This document shows positions 51,334 through 63,969 of a DNA stretch of 64,000 nucleotides, piece by piece. The stretch spans positions 54,436,001-54,500,000 of the forward strand of contig NC_043005.1 in assembly GCF_006345805.1 (NCBI RefSeq), given 5' to 3'. The notes beneath the pieces were generated by a model. It did no database searches, was not told the DNA's origin, and saw only the letters and a program-made list of their open reading frames with translations. Numbering within the stretch: the stretch's first letter is position 1; every line of letters begins with the position of its first letter. The stretch is from Octopus sinensis (lineage: Eukaryota). Both the position numbers and the translations under genes were made by a program.

Positions 51334-52744
51334 TCATATATACATATCACATCTTAGCATCCATTTCTACATTTCCACATTTCCATGTTCCATGCTTTCC
51401 TCAGTGAAACTAGACCTTTGTTGTTGTAGATATTTCTAGGATCAGATGTATATCATATTCACCAACCCTTGATATTTCTAATCAAGAGAATATTTTGCCT
51501 TGTCTGTAGAACAGTGAGAAATTAAAAAAAAAGATATGCTTTCATAGGAAGATTGCAAACAAATGGTATGGTCTGTATGAATTGAGATTTTTTCCTGTCA
51601 CTCGGTGTGCACATATCTAATCAAGAGGGATACATACATACATGACATACATACTTAAATGCATACATTTATATATATATAAAAACAGAGAAAGAGAGAT
51701 GGAGGAACAGGACCATTTTGAGACATGTGGAGAAGAGCTTCAGATTTTCCTTGCTTAATGCCATTCTTGACTGGAATTGTCATGGGTGGGGACACTGAAG
51801 CTGCATCAGCAGTACATCATGAGGTAACCTTGAGAAATCTGATGAATTCTACTTCAACTTTGTATATGCATATATGATACAATCACACACACACACACAT
51901 GTATGCATAAATACACACAACATACACACACGCATACACACACACATATATATATACACACACATATATGTGTGTGTATGTTCATATATCTATATACATA
52001 TATATATATATGCATATATTTACATATATGTATGTGTATGTACATACTGTACATATATACATATCTTTATATATATGTCTGCATATATTGTCAGTAGTTG
52101 GGGTGTGTAATGAATCATCAGTGGTCTTTGGATAGATAGATATAAATGTATGTGTGTGTGTGTTTATCTGTGTGTGTATGTTTATATTTATATATACACA
52201 CACATGTATATATATTTACACATGCATATATGTGTTTATATATGCTTTTGCATGGATGGGTGTGTGGGGGTTCTATATTTAGTTCCGGTGAGTGAGCAGC
52301 ACTCTCTGTTCCTCATTAAATGCAATATTAAGAACATTAGGACAGTAGAAAGGTAAAATCGGCAGAGTGCTGTTAATAGTGTGTCTTATAGAATTTCCTT
52401 TTCTTCATTTGTTCTCAAATCTTACCAGGATGGACTTCATTGTGGAACATTTTGCAATCAATAAGATAAATACAAAGCATGTACTGGGGTTGATTCAGTC
52501 GATAGTAAGCCAGCCTTGCAATGTGTAACCTAATCTCAAAGTAAGAAATAATTATTATGACCTCTAACTTTTAACAAACCTTTGAGTCTTTCATCTCCAG
52601 AATATCAAGCTGTCTTTATCAAACAGTGCATACAAAACTAATATCTTAAACAAAAACCTTGTTTTGCAGTCTTAAAATTCATCACTTATATTTGGCATTT
52701 TCTATTTACTCTAATGAAATATATTTGCTGAGGAGCACAAGAAA

Positions 52745-53730
52745 TAATTCAAAAAGCAATAGGTTTTGCTTGTATTTTATTTTGTTAGTTGTTTTTTTTT
52801 TTTTTTTTTTTTTTTTGTATATCAACAACTCACTTTTCTGATGTTTGTGGCAAATAAAATGAATGTCATATTGTGTGCTATGTTAATGAAAATAAATTGA
52901 GAGATTGATTATGTGCCATGTTTTTAAGATCTAGGGTACGACAAGTTGAAAGTAAATGAGACCATTCAGGTAAATATTTGTTGTTTGTTTATTATTGAGT
53001 CTTGTCAGATCAGAAATGATTAAAGCAAATATCTTCAATTCATGTCTGCTACTACCATGCACCAGACTCTCTTCTATTAAAAATTCCAGGTCTCTTGGTG
53101 CAAACAAAATTCTCAGCATTGCAAAGGCCATCGTCTACAATCACTTCATCTCTCATCAATGTTTGACAGTCAATAAATCTCAGATTAGATTTATTTAGAA
53201 ATAATACTCCTATATAGCTTTGGTTGTGCCCCAATAACTTTTCTCAATTGGCAATCCCACATTGACCTCTTTGATTGCCATATTGGCTTTTTGCCCTCTC
53301 TCAGGCCACCAGGAGATCAACTGGTTAAAGAATCTATTTTCTTTGGCTTTCTTTTACCACATCACTACTAATATTTTATCAGTTCTTTGTTATTGTACTG
53401 ATTGTCAAAGAATCTGCCAATATTGTTTTTTTTTTTTTTGCATTTGACTTTATTACTTACTCTAACATTTTTATATCTCATTTCAGAGACAGTCCCCACC
53501 CCCACCACACCCCACTCGCCCACTTTACTCTTGAACCTTTTCAATAATTTGTAAAATCTCAATAAATTTATATTCATTAACATAGCAACAAACAATACGA
53601 TGTTCATTTTATTTGCCGCAAATATCAGAAAACTGGGTTGTTGATATACAAAAATAATATGAAATTAAAAAGCTATTGTAAAATGTAAATATACCTCTTG
53701 CTTTTAAAGAACAATTAATTTCAAGTAAAT
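52745..53730. repeat. Long inverted repeat pair (about 52745-52905 and 53557-53730) enclosing about 650 bp
   Basis: ttgtatatcaacaactcacttttctgatgtttgtggcaaataaaatgaa...aaattgaga vs tctcaat...ttcattttatttgccgcaaatatcagaaaactgggttgttgatatacaa. Confidence 0.8.
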
Positions 53731-54161
53731 ATCAAAATCATTTATTATACGATTGTAAATTAATACTACAAAACAAATGAAAACAATTAATAATTTATAA
53801 TGAAAATTTTTAATTCAAATTAATAATATATTTTATTATAAGTTAATCATATCTAATCCGCTAATATTTATACTGTGTTTTGTTGAAATATTATTTTATG
53901 TAGAAACATATCACAGCCAAACAATTATTTTTTCTAAAAAAAAAATACGTTGGAAATTCTTCTAAAAATGCTAAATTTTTCATTTTATAATGGAATGTAG
54001 TTTCACAGATGTTTTGATTCAAGAAAGTGGAATCTTAGAAATTTGGTTCAAGCACTGACTGATGGTAGACATGACAGTACAGTTAAAAAGTTTGATTCCC
54101 AGTCGTATTATTCTGGATTCATCCTATTGTGAAACCTTGCAGGCATCTTCAGTTTTCTTAA

Positions 54162-54381
54162 CCCTTTCGTTACTGAATTTATTTTGAGATGCTCTGTGTT
54201 TCTTTCAATTACTTAAAATATAACAAAGAATTTAGTTAAATAACTTAGTTATCATTCAGCTAGTGTTAGGAACATAAATTGTGACTAAGGTTTGGTAGAA
54301 GATTTTAATTCAAAACTTATGAAAATAAGACATTTGAACTCAGAGCCAGAGCCGATTTCAGCCAGGTTGGTAACAAAAGGG
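54162..54381. mobile_element. piggyBac-like MITE
   Basis: ttaa-ccctttcgttac...gtaacaaaaggg; homologous copy at 62403-62624. Confidence 0.7.
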
Positions 54382-54721
54382 TAGGCTCTATGAATTCAAC
54401 CACAATGACTGATTTTTGTTTTATGTTCCTGGGTTGAAGAAGCATGTTTGTTTGGAGCCATGTTACTACCACCTTCTCTGGAAAGACAGGTCTACCATTT
54501 AGGTATACTTGCCTCTCTTAGTCTGAGGCATGATGCAAAATAGAAAACAGATCCCCTTCTGTCACATTTGTCAGAGGAGTCTTGTCTCATTCCCTTAGGA
54601 ATCTGATGCCCTTGGGCCATTGGGTGGTGATAGCTGCTGTTTGTTGGACAAATATACATAAATAAATGCATTCTTATATGTGTGTTTTTGTAGCAGGCTG
54701 AGTATATGTAGATGGGTAACT

Positions 54722-54773
<52 letters not shown>

Positions 54774-54994
54774 TATAAAGAAATAGGAGAGAATCATTTG
54801 TGATGATTCTCTGAAATGAGATGAAAGTACTAAATGAATAGGTGCCCAAAATTGTGACTAACTCCTTTTTCTTAGTATATAAAATCTGTACACCACTTCA
54901 AATAATCTAGACATAGCTACATACACACATACATGCATACGTATACACCTATATATACATACATATATATATGTGTGTATATATATATATATAC

Positions 54995-55039
<45 letters not shown>

Positions 55040-55045
<6 letters not shown>

Positions 55046-55297
55046 GAGGAGAATGAAGAATTTGAACATTCGAACTGTATGTTTATTTTCAGTTAGTTTA
55101 TTCATAATAATTGCCCAACACCTGTTTCGATCACATTAACTGCATATTGTTGTTTATTTATAAGCAGCAATTAATGTGTTATTAGTACGATCTCTTCAGG
55201 GTATATAAGAAACATATGCTGGACAATTATTATGAATAAAGTAACTGGAAATAAACATAAAGTTTGAATGTTCAAATTCTTCATTCTCTTCATTATC
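55040..55297. repeat. Fold-back inverted repeat (Penelope-like termini)
   Basis: gataatgaggagaatgaagaatttgaacattc vs gaatgttcaaattcttcattctcttcattatc. Confidence 0.9.
55114..55201 (-). ncRNA. Hammerhead motif with extended, structured stem II
   Basis: Minus: CC-CTGAAGA-GATC-(...ACATTAATTGC...GCAGTTAATGT)-GATC-GAAAC-AGGT-GTT-GG; stem I only 2 bp. Confidence 0.5.
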
Positions 55298-56273
55298 AAT
55301 ATTATACTTTACACTCTAAGTAGTCAATAAATAAGCTGCAACATCAGATGGGAGTTAAAGAAAGTTTACCGAAAAATGCATCATCTGAAGGAATCAATCT
55401 TGGCATCTAATATAGAGAGATTTTATATCTACCTGAATATTATGTGCCTCCTCTTACTCTGTGTGTGTGTGTGCATGCGTGAATGCATGTGTGTGTGTTC
55501 TTGCAGAAATGCCAATGAATATTGATATTTCATGTAGGTTAACCAAAGAGACAGTGATGTTAATATTCCTTGTTGACTTGAAGAGAGTTAGGCTACTTTC
55601 TAGAAGCTCAAACAATGATAAACAAGTTGGCTCATTACTACATCACAGTTTTTATAGGAGAGTATTGTAGTTCGCTGCACAGCCCATTCAGTCACAACAT
55701 CTTGTAACTCATTGATGAATAACTGTTTTATTAAATTACAATATATTTTTATTATTACAAAAATATTGATTAAAACAATAATTCTTTAATTTTGGATACT
55801 GAATTAAAATGTCTTCGCTAACTTGAAATCTTGTAAAATTTTAATGAGGTGTTATAAGTTATATTTACTATTGAACCTTCTAGAAAACTTTCAGACTCAA
55901 CCTCTATCATATCTAGAACTTTGTTCAGCTTTAAGACATAATTTATATTTTCATTAGTCGAGTCTATAATTATGTTATCTCCAAATATAATTATCTTCCA
56001 CCCATTCTCTTCTTACTAGATTTGAAATAAATTTCCCATCAGTACTTTACACAACTGCTTACATATAAAAATATGCAGCTCTTACTGTGGTTTGTTCTCC
56101 TCCCTAAACAGACCATGCTGGTTTTAAAGTCCTCTCCTCACCTCTCTCTCCCTCTCTCCCTCTCTCTTGGCAACTACAATTTCTAGAAATATCTGCCAAA
56201 TCTTCTGCAAACTATACCATATAGTTTTTTAGAAAGCAGTAATGCAGTAATACCTCACCATATCATGGTTCAC

Positions 56274-56569
56274 CTGTTTCCATCATTTGACTGTGGCCAT
56301 GCTGGAGCACCACCTTTAGTCGAGCAAATCGATCCCAAGACTTATTCTTTGTAAGCCTAGTACTTATTCTATCAGTCTCTTTTGCGAAATCGCTAAGTGA
56401 CGGGGACGTAAACACACCAGCATCGGTTGTCAAGCGATGTTGGTGGAACAAACCCAGACACACAAACACACACACACACACCACACACACACACATATAT
56501 TTATATATACATATATATATATTCATATATATGACGGGCTTCTTTTAGTTTCCGTCTACCAAATCCACT
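56274..56569 (-). mobile_element. SINE family B (head missing)
   Basis: catttgactgtggccatgctggagcacc...tccgtctaccaaatccac. Confidence 0.88.
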
Positions 56570-57237
56570 AAGCTTATGGTGATTCCTCCATGGTGTTGTT
56601 TTGCATTTATTATAAAATAAATATATACAAATTATAAAAATAATTTTAAAAATACACAGTACAGTACTGTTTCTCCTTCAAATATTTTTGCCTATCGTGA
56701 GAGGACTTGGAACATAACACCCATGATAGCTGAAGGATTACTGCAATCCTTTCTCTAAGTATTGTTTCCAGTATTGCAGAGACTCATTGGGCTCCATTTG
56801 ATTTCACTGAGTAGGAGTCAGAATTGGTGTCTAGTTTCAATGTCGATTATGGAGTGGTTGGTTATGCATTGTTATATATGGCTGAAAATGTGAACATTTT
56901 GTTGATGAGATTTTCATGTGGTGTTTTGTTCCTTGGTGAAGGATTATCTGAAGGATTATCTATATCATTAGCAGTTGCATTGTTGAGGGTTTTACTTACT
57001 TGGGTTCATGTAAGTTATCCACGATTGTGGGATGGAGGTGGGGAAGTCAATTACATTGACCCCCAAAGTGCTTATCTTATCAGCTTTGAAGGATAAAAGG
57101 CAAGGTGAACCTTACTAGAATTTGAACTCAGAATGTAAATCTAGAAGAAATAGCATTAAGTACTTTGTCTAACACACTAATGAGTCTGCCAGCCCGTCAC
57201 CTTTGGGAACATTAGATAATGCAATGTCACAAATACT

Positions 57238-57447
57238 ATTCTTTTATCCTTTTACTTATTTCAGTCGTTTGACTGTGGCCATGCTGGAGCACTACCATAA
57301 AGGGTTTTTTAGTCAAAGAAATCGATCCCATAACTTATTCTTTGTAAGTCTGGCAGTTATTCTATCAGACACTTTTGCCAAGCTGCTAACTTATGAGGAT
57401 GTAAACACACCGACATCAGTTATCAAGCAATGGTTGAAGGACAAACA

Positions 57448-57502
<55 letters not shown>

Positions 57503-58015
57503 GTATATATACATGTATATGTGAAGGTGCATGGCTTAGTGGTTAAAGTGTTGCACTCATGACTGCAAGACTGTGGGTTCGATTCCCAGATCGAGCATTG
57601 TGTTGTGTTTATGAGCAAAGTACTTCATTTCACGTTGCTCTGCAATCATTTCAAAATCTGACATGGGGCACCTGTTGCACCTGTACAGGTAATGTCAATC
57701 TGATGAAGGAAGTGAGCTTCTGTCAATACAAACATTTAATCAGTATGAAAAAATCATCTGTGTGGGTGTTTGGTAAGAAATTCTCGAACCCTCATATGTC
57801 GTCTAACAATGGGAGAGTCCATCACACACACACACATATATATATATACTACAAGCTTCTTTGAGTTTCCATCTACTAAATCCACTCACAAGGCTTTGAT
57901 CAACCCAGAGCTAAGGTAGAAGACACTTGCCCCAGGTGCCATACAGTGGAACTTAACCCAGAACTATATAGTTGGGAAGCAAGCTTCTTACTATGCAGCT
58001 AAACCTGTGCCTATC
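57238..58015 (-). mobile_element. SINE family B split by a D-like SINE
   Basis: 3' half at 57238-57490, 5' half at 57845-58015. Confidence 0.8.
57520..57815 (+). mobile_element. D-like tRNA-derived SINE nested in SINE B
   Basis: gtgaaggtgcatggcttagtggttaaag...gggttcgattccc. Confidence 0.8.
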
Positions 58016-58419
58016 AACACAGCTACGCCTGCACTTATACATGAAAAATAAAATGGGCAAGATGAATACGGTGTCTGTGTGGGTACCTTTGGTCATACAT
58101 AGGTTTGTGCTCAATCACAGATAACCTGGGGTTAAAACCAAAATGAAAATAACAACAAATGAGATGATGCAGAGAGATTTGATCAGTAAAAGCAAAATGT
58201 TCATTTATGGATTAATAGTTATGTTTATATGAAAAATAGATTAAGTTTGTTTGAGTAAGATGGTTTCCTTGTTAGAGCGATTTCTTTTACAGAAAGACCA
58301 GATAGTTACTGATTTAGAACAAGAGATTTAAAACAAAGATATTGTATGATGATTTGTCAGGGACATAACATTTGCTGAGTGGAATATAATTTGTCTAAGA
58401 GAATTGTCACTATCAACTT

Positions 58420-58770
58420 CATCATCGTCATCATCAGCAGCAGCAGTAGTATTGTTGTTGTTGTCGTCATAATCATCCTCATCGTTATCATTATCACCAC
58501 CGTCATCATGCTCATTCTTCCCCTCCTCCACCTCCTCTTCCCCTCCTCCTTCTCTTCCTCCTCCTTTTCCTCCTTATCCTCCTCCACCTTTTCATCATCA
58601 CTATCATCATCATCACCATCATCGTTGTCATCATCATCATCATCATCACCAACATCATTAGCATCTAACATCCTCAATTTTGTCATCATCATCATCATCA
58701 TGGTCGTCGTCGTCGTCGTTGTCATTATCATCATCATCGTCTTTGTCGTTGTCATCATCATCAACATTGA
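58420..58770. repeat. (CAT)n/(CCT)n/(CGT)n low-complexity tract
   Basis: Directly visible. Confidence 0.9.
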
Positions 58771-59219
58771 CAGACTGCAGTAGCAGACAACCTCAGCCTT
58801 CATCTACCCATGGCAGGTGTCATTTTGTGGTCCCATGGTCAAGTGGCTACCCTTAGATATTTTTTGAATTTGAAACTCTAGATGAGACTTAAACAAAGAA
58901 CAAAAAAGTGGCAAAACATATATTGCAAAGCATCTCATACAATCCACAAATGATTGTGCCAGACTGCAACCATTCACTGCTTCTCTATCTATTAATCCCA
59001 AACAGATGAATGGCAAAGTTTAATTCTAGCTGGATTTGAACTCAGAGAACAAAGATCTAGAATGAACACTGCTTAGTACTTTATTCAGTACTCTAATGGC
59101 TCTTTTAATTCATTCTATTAACTCTTTAGCACTTACATTATCCTGTCAAATGTAATACTTACATAAAATCAAATATGACACCCATTCTATGACTTTCTGG
59201 AGCAATCTCTTAAACATGC

Positions 59220-59470
59220 AGATGTCTTTTTATTACAGAACCAATCAAGAAACCAACAAGAAAAAACTTGACCTTCTAGAAAACGCAGTTAAATCTCCCA
59301 CAAACTTAAAATATATTCCAAGAACTGAAAAATTTTCTCTGACATATTTCCACTAAGCTTCAGTTTATCGAATTTTATTTAGATATATTTGATGAAGGGC
59401 ATTTTCCAAGTGAACTGGATAATGGAGCAGTACCGGAGCAAACGTCTATCCACACATTGCCAAGGCTTTA
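59220..59470 (+). pseudogene. Possible hAT transposase C-terminal remnant
   Basis: EFYLDIFDEGHFPSELDN, then (frameshifted) WSSTGANVYPHIAKAL, loosely resembling the region before the hAT dimerisation motif; weak. Confidence 0.3.
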
Positions 59471-59494
59471 TCCCTTTTTTGTTTTTTTATTGGT

Positions 59495-59956
59495 TCCACT
59501 TAAATAGCACCTGTGCCAGTGTCATGAAAAGCACCTGTACTGGGGCCATCTAAAAGGCACCTGTCCTGGTGCCATGCAAAAACGCACCTGTGCTGGTGTC
59601 ACATAAAAAAGCACCAATGTTAGGGCAACATAAAAAGCAGTTGTGCTAGTGTCATATAAAATACACCTGTGCCAGTGTCACAAAGACAGCACCTGTGCCA
59701 ATATCAGGTAAAAAGTACCTGTGCTGTTGTCACATGAAAAGCACCTGTGTTAGTGCCACATAAAAAGTACCTGTACCAGTACCATGTAAAAAGCATTCAG
59801 TGCGCTGTGTGGAGTGGTTGGTGTTAAGGACATCCAGCCATTGAAACCAAGCCAAAAAACACAACCTGAGCCTGGTGCAGTTCTCCAGCTTGCCAGCTAT
59901 AGCCAAACTGTCCAATCCATGCCAGCATGGAAAACAGACATTAAATGACGATGATA
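59495..59956 (+). mobile_element. Family C SINE with about 12 internal repeats of 25-26 bp
   Basis: aaaagcacctgtgc(c/t)agtgtcac-like units at 59500-59790, then the standard family C 3' end. Confidence 0.8.
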
Positions 59957-60084
59957 GTTGTGTGATGAAGTGTTATATTCAGGAAAACAACACATCACCC
60001 AGTCCAGAAATTAAACCCACGTTTGCACGATTGTAAGTGCAGCACCTTAACCACTAGACCCACTCACTTGCCCCACAAGGTACC

Positions 60085-60420
60085 AGACAGTGGTATTCAA
60101 TTCTGTCAGTAACAACGACGAGGGTTCCAGTTGATCCTATTAACAGAACAGACTGCTCATGAAATTAATGTGCAAGTGGTTGAGCACGCCGCAGACATGC
60201 ATGCCCTTAATATAGTTCTCAGGAAGATTCAGCATGACACAGAATGTGACAACACTGGCCCTCTGAAATACAGGTACTACTCATTTTTGCCAGCTGAGTG
60301 GACTGAAGCAATGGGAAATAAAATGCTTTGCTCAAGGACACAATGAACCACTGGGAATTGAACTCATGGCCTTATGAATGTGAACTGAATACTCTAACCC
60401 TTAAGCCACATGCCTTCACA
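60085..60420 (-). mobile_element. SINE family F
   Basis: Head rc gtgaaggcatgtggcttaagggttagag...gagttcaattccc. Confidence 0.8.
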
Positions 60421-60489
60421 GATTAAGTCTGCTCCACGAGTAGACTGTGACTATTTGGACTTACTTGTCCTTGTTCTTGTGGCACTATT

Positions 60490-60620
60490 TACCCAGGGTA
60501 GATTGAGCTGGCTCTGACTAATGAGTCCACTATGTCCCTCATGAATGCTGACCACATCCAAAAGTCGGTCCTAACATTCCAGCAGACAAAGTAATGCTTC
60601 TGTCTAAAACCCAAAAATCC
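60490..60620 (-). pseudogene. RTE-like AP endonuclease N-terminal remnant
   Basis: KHYFVCWNVRT, then frameshifted LLDVVS, matching the xWNVRTLLD start of RTE endonucleases. Confidence 0.45.
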
Positions 60621-60753
60621 AGCTTGCATATTTAACAAATACCCCACTGAGAGAGCAAGTACATCAGAAAGCACAGATACTGTAACATTAGTCATCGTTC
60701 ATTGTTGGGGTGCAGAGTTCATGTTTGGAGTTTCAGTAGGGATATAAGTTCAC

Positions 60754-62062
60754 ATTTGATCCCTTGTCACATGTATACACACTTGTGTGCGCATATATTT
60801 TTTTTTACTCTTGCAAAACATATGGGTGTGCATGGGCATGCACAAGTGCACAGCTCAGAGGAAACAATGCCTGAGGTTATGTTTACCATAAAAATATTTG
60901 CTCAAGATCTCATGCCATGGAATTGAACTCAGGACTTCATCACTGCAAAGCAAACTTCTTAAACATTTAGCCTTGCTACCTCTTAATAAATGAATCATTT
61001 TATAACATGATCCATAGCAGCTCATCTTACTGTTGATTGTCGACAGTTGCAGAGATTTCGGTGATCAAATCATTGTCAATTATCAGAGCAAACGTAGCCT
61101 GGGTTTGGCAGGATTTGAACTCAAACTCAGAATACAAACCCTAAAAGACTGAAAGATAAATTTTTGTCCTCAGTGGGATTTGAACTTAGCATGCAGAGAG
61201 TTGGAACAAATACTGCATGGCTTTCTATCTAATAATCTAATGACTGCCAATTCCCAAAGTTGGTAAGAAAAATATAATGTTATGTGGAATATTATTTGTT
61301 TAGATGAATATTATTGGAGTCTCAAAACTATTAAATGTTCAGCACAACATAATACAATTCAAACAAAAATGTTCTTTTTCCTTGTCTAATATTACCCAGA
61401 ATGCCAAGTTGCGAGAGCTGGAAGCCATTTTGAAAATGTTCAATATTTAAAAGTAATGTAACGATACATAGAAAGTGAGTTATTGCATTAGACTAATCAC
61501 AGAATCATGTAGACTTTCTCTGATAATCGTTTCTTTATATATTCACTTTCCTATTATGCAAAAAAAAAAAGGAAAGAAACTTAGAGTTAAATTCGAGTTT
61601 GTGTCTTTTGTTTATTTTGACGAAAATGAATAGTTATCTTATTTTTATATTTTATTGTTTTTTTTTTTAAACCAGTAATTAATTTAACATAAACTATTGT
61701 TGCTGAACTGTGAGATTGTCTTTTATGAATATATTGCTTGTTTTTTGTTGGGTTTTTTTTTTGGTTTTTTAATGACACTATCACTTTACTTAGTATATTA
61801 GGTTACGGTTGTTATAAAATGATTCATTTATTAAGAGGTAGCAAGGTTAAATGTTTAAGAAGTTTGCTTTGCAGTGACGAAGTCATGGGTTCAATCCCAT
61901 GGCATGGAATCTTGAGCAAAATATTTTTATGGTAAACATAACCTCAGGCAATGTTTCCTCTGAGCTCTGCATTTGTGTGTGCCCATGCATACCTGTATAT
62001 TTTGCAAGCAGCATGCAAGAGTAAAAAAAATATATGTGCACACAAGGTTATCAAGATCAAAT
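60754..62062. repeat. Inverted duplication (about 60754-61006 and 61811-62062) of a SINE-head-containing segment
   Basis: About 250-bp arms of high identity, including 22 bp beyond the SINE head (aataaatgaatcattttataac / gttataaaatgattcatttatt). Confidence 0.85.
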
Positions 62063-62402
62063 AAGATGTTTTTCATTGGAGATCTTTACTCTTATGTTTG
62101 TGCACATACTCATAGTTTGCAAAGAAAGACGAAATTCTCACTCTAGCAAATTTCTGCCACATTCCTAATGCTGAAAATAAATGGGAACATTAACCACTGT
62201 TCAACCATAGCTTCATGAGTAAAATTAGGTGGAAAGGAAATGTAGAAAAGCTAGTTGGCATTCAAAGGTTCACCTTTCTCTCACTGTATGTATAGCTGAC
62301 TCAACCTGAGAAATTTTCTTTTCTACTTTAGGCACAAGGCCGGAAATTTTTGTGGAGGGGGCTTGTCGATTAGATTGACTTCAGTACACAACTGGTACTT
62401 AA

Positions 62403-62624
62403 CCCTTCTGTTACCATATTTCTATTGAGCTGCTCAGTGTTTCTTTCAATTAATTTTAAATATAACAAAGAATTTAGTAAAATAACTTGGTTATCATTAA
62501 GCTAGTGTTAGGAACATAAATTGTGACAAAGGTTTGGTGGAAGATTTTAATTCAAAACTTATGAAAACGAGACACTTGTACTATAGAGCCAGAGATGGTT
62601 TCAGCTGGGTTGGTATCGAAAGGT
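62403..62624. mobile_element. piggyBac-like MITE at TTAA
   Basis: ttaa-cccttctgttac...ggtatcgaaaggt-ttaa; homologous to 54162-54381. Confidence 0.7.
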
Positions 62625-62639
62625 TTAATAGTATTGATT

Positions 62640-62835
62640 TCAAGTTTTGGCACAAGGCCAGCAATTTTGGGGGCGGGAGTAAGTCAATTGCATCAACCCC
62701 AGTGCTTAACTGGTACCTATTTTATTTACCCCAAAAATATGAAATGCAAATTTGTCCTCAGTGGAATTTGAACTCAGAACATACAGACAGACAAAATGCC
62801 AATAAGCATTTTACCTGGTGTTCTAATGATGCTGC
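62640..62835 (-). mobile_element. SINE family A
   Basis: ggcacaaggccagcaatttt...ggaatttgaactcagaac. Confidence 0.75.
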
Positions 62836-63109
62836 CAACTTGCTGCTCTGTTGCTGCTAATAATATTAAAATAAATTTTACTGCATGTGAAATTTGAACC
62901 CAGAACGTAAGAAGGCAAAGCTAAAATTCTTTAATGAAATGAGCCTGATGTTACACTCATTATTTTTGCCAACATATTGTTAAATTTACAGAAATTTCAA
63001 TGCGTTTCACAGGGATTGATAGTAATATCAATGTAAATGTTTGGCAAAGATCATCATAACAAATCTACCTTATTGAAAGTTCAGTTATACTGAGTTTTCA
63101 ATAACGTAC

Positions 63110-63140
<31 letters not shown>

Positions 63141-63178
63141 TGTATGTATGTATGTATGTATGTATCTATCTATCTATC

Positions 63179-63225
<47 letters not shown>

Positions 63226-63317
63226 TCTGTTGTGTCTGGGGAGAGTCATTTTCTTTTTGTGCCTTATGATTTAACACACTCACTGGTAAAATTTCCACTT
63301 ATTTCTCTTTTATTTTT

Positions 63318-63354
63318 CTAAAATTTTCGTTGCATCTTGCAACCTTTTCAATAG
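63318..63354 (-). ncRNA. Type I hammerhead motif, U3-A8 variant
   Basis: Minus: CTA-TTGAAAA-G-GTTGCA AGA TGCAAC-GAAA-ATT-T-TAG. Confidence 0.65.
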
Positions 63355-63369
63355 TTTTGAGAGTCAAAA

Positions 63370-63406
63370 CTATTGAAAAGGTTGCAAGATGCAACGAAAT
63401 TTTTAG
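63370..63406 (+). ncRNA. Type I hammerhead motif, U3-A8 variant (stem III mutated)
   Basis: CTA-TTGAAAA-G-GTTGCA AGA TGCAAC-GAAA-TTT-T-TAG. Confidence 0.6.
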
Positions 63407-63773
63407 GAAAGTAAAAATAAGAAAAAAGTGAAAATTTTACTGGTGAATGTGATATATTATGAGGCACAAAAAGAAAATGACTCTCTGCAGACACAACAGA
63501 ATATGCTTCAACACACGAACTCATAAAGAATCTTGTAAACCAAATCCAAAAACGAAATATCTATCTATTAATCTACATATGTATATATATATGTATGTAT
63601 TAATACATAAATATTGAACAATGAGAATGCAGTGCTCAACACTGCATTTGTGGATAGAACTTTTTCATTTGTGTATTAAGGCTACCATTGGTTTCATGTT
63701 AAGAAAAAGTATTTTAATATTCTAAGAATTTTTCAAGCCAATCACATGGAGGAATGATGTTCATCTCCATTTT

Positions 63774-63969
63774 GGTGGGGTGCTGAAAAGTTCCTGGCAT
63801 TGAATAAAAGAAAATACAGAAGGATTAGTTAATTATTCCCCTCTCAGATTCACTCTTATTGTGGTGGTCCTTCAGTTTTTCTCAGTCCTATAAAAGTACT
63901 CAGGAGGTTGAACCTCCAACCAAGCTTTACATGATACCCTTAAAACCAGGAACTTTCCAGCACCCCTCA
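63774..63969. mobile_element. Mariner-type MITE
   Basis: TIRs ggggtgctgaaaagttcctgg / ccaggaactttccagcacccctca followed by TA. Confidence 0.8.

Larger units (their letters stand above)
63224..63503. repeat. Near-perfect head-to-head hairpin of two units of about 140 bp
   Basis: Centre caatagttttga-gag-tcaaaactattg; both arms end gacacaacagaata. Confidence 0.92.

Noticed and set aside
52429-52504. Exon candidate MDFIVEHFAINKINTKHVLGLIQSI
   Set aside because: The 3' half resembles a decayed SINE A central region.
58357-58803. Acidic or poly-Met/Ser ORFs (also 13168-13500, 16379-16612, 43238-43549)
   Set aside because: Read-through of (GAT)n/(CAT)n/(GAG)n tracts; no splice or domain context.
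59500-59790. CRISPR-like array
   Set aside because: Contiguous diverged tandem units with no unique spacers, inside a SINE, in eukaryotic DNA with no cas genes.
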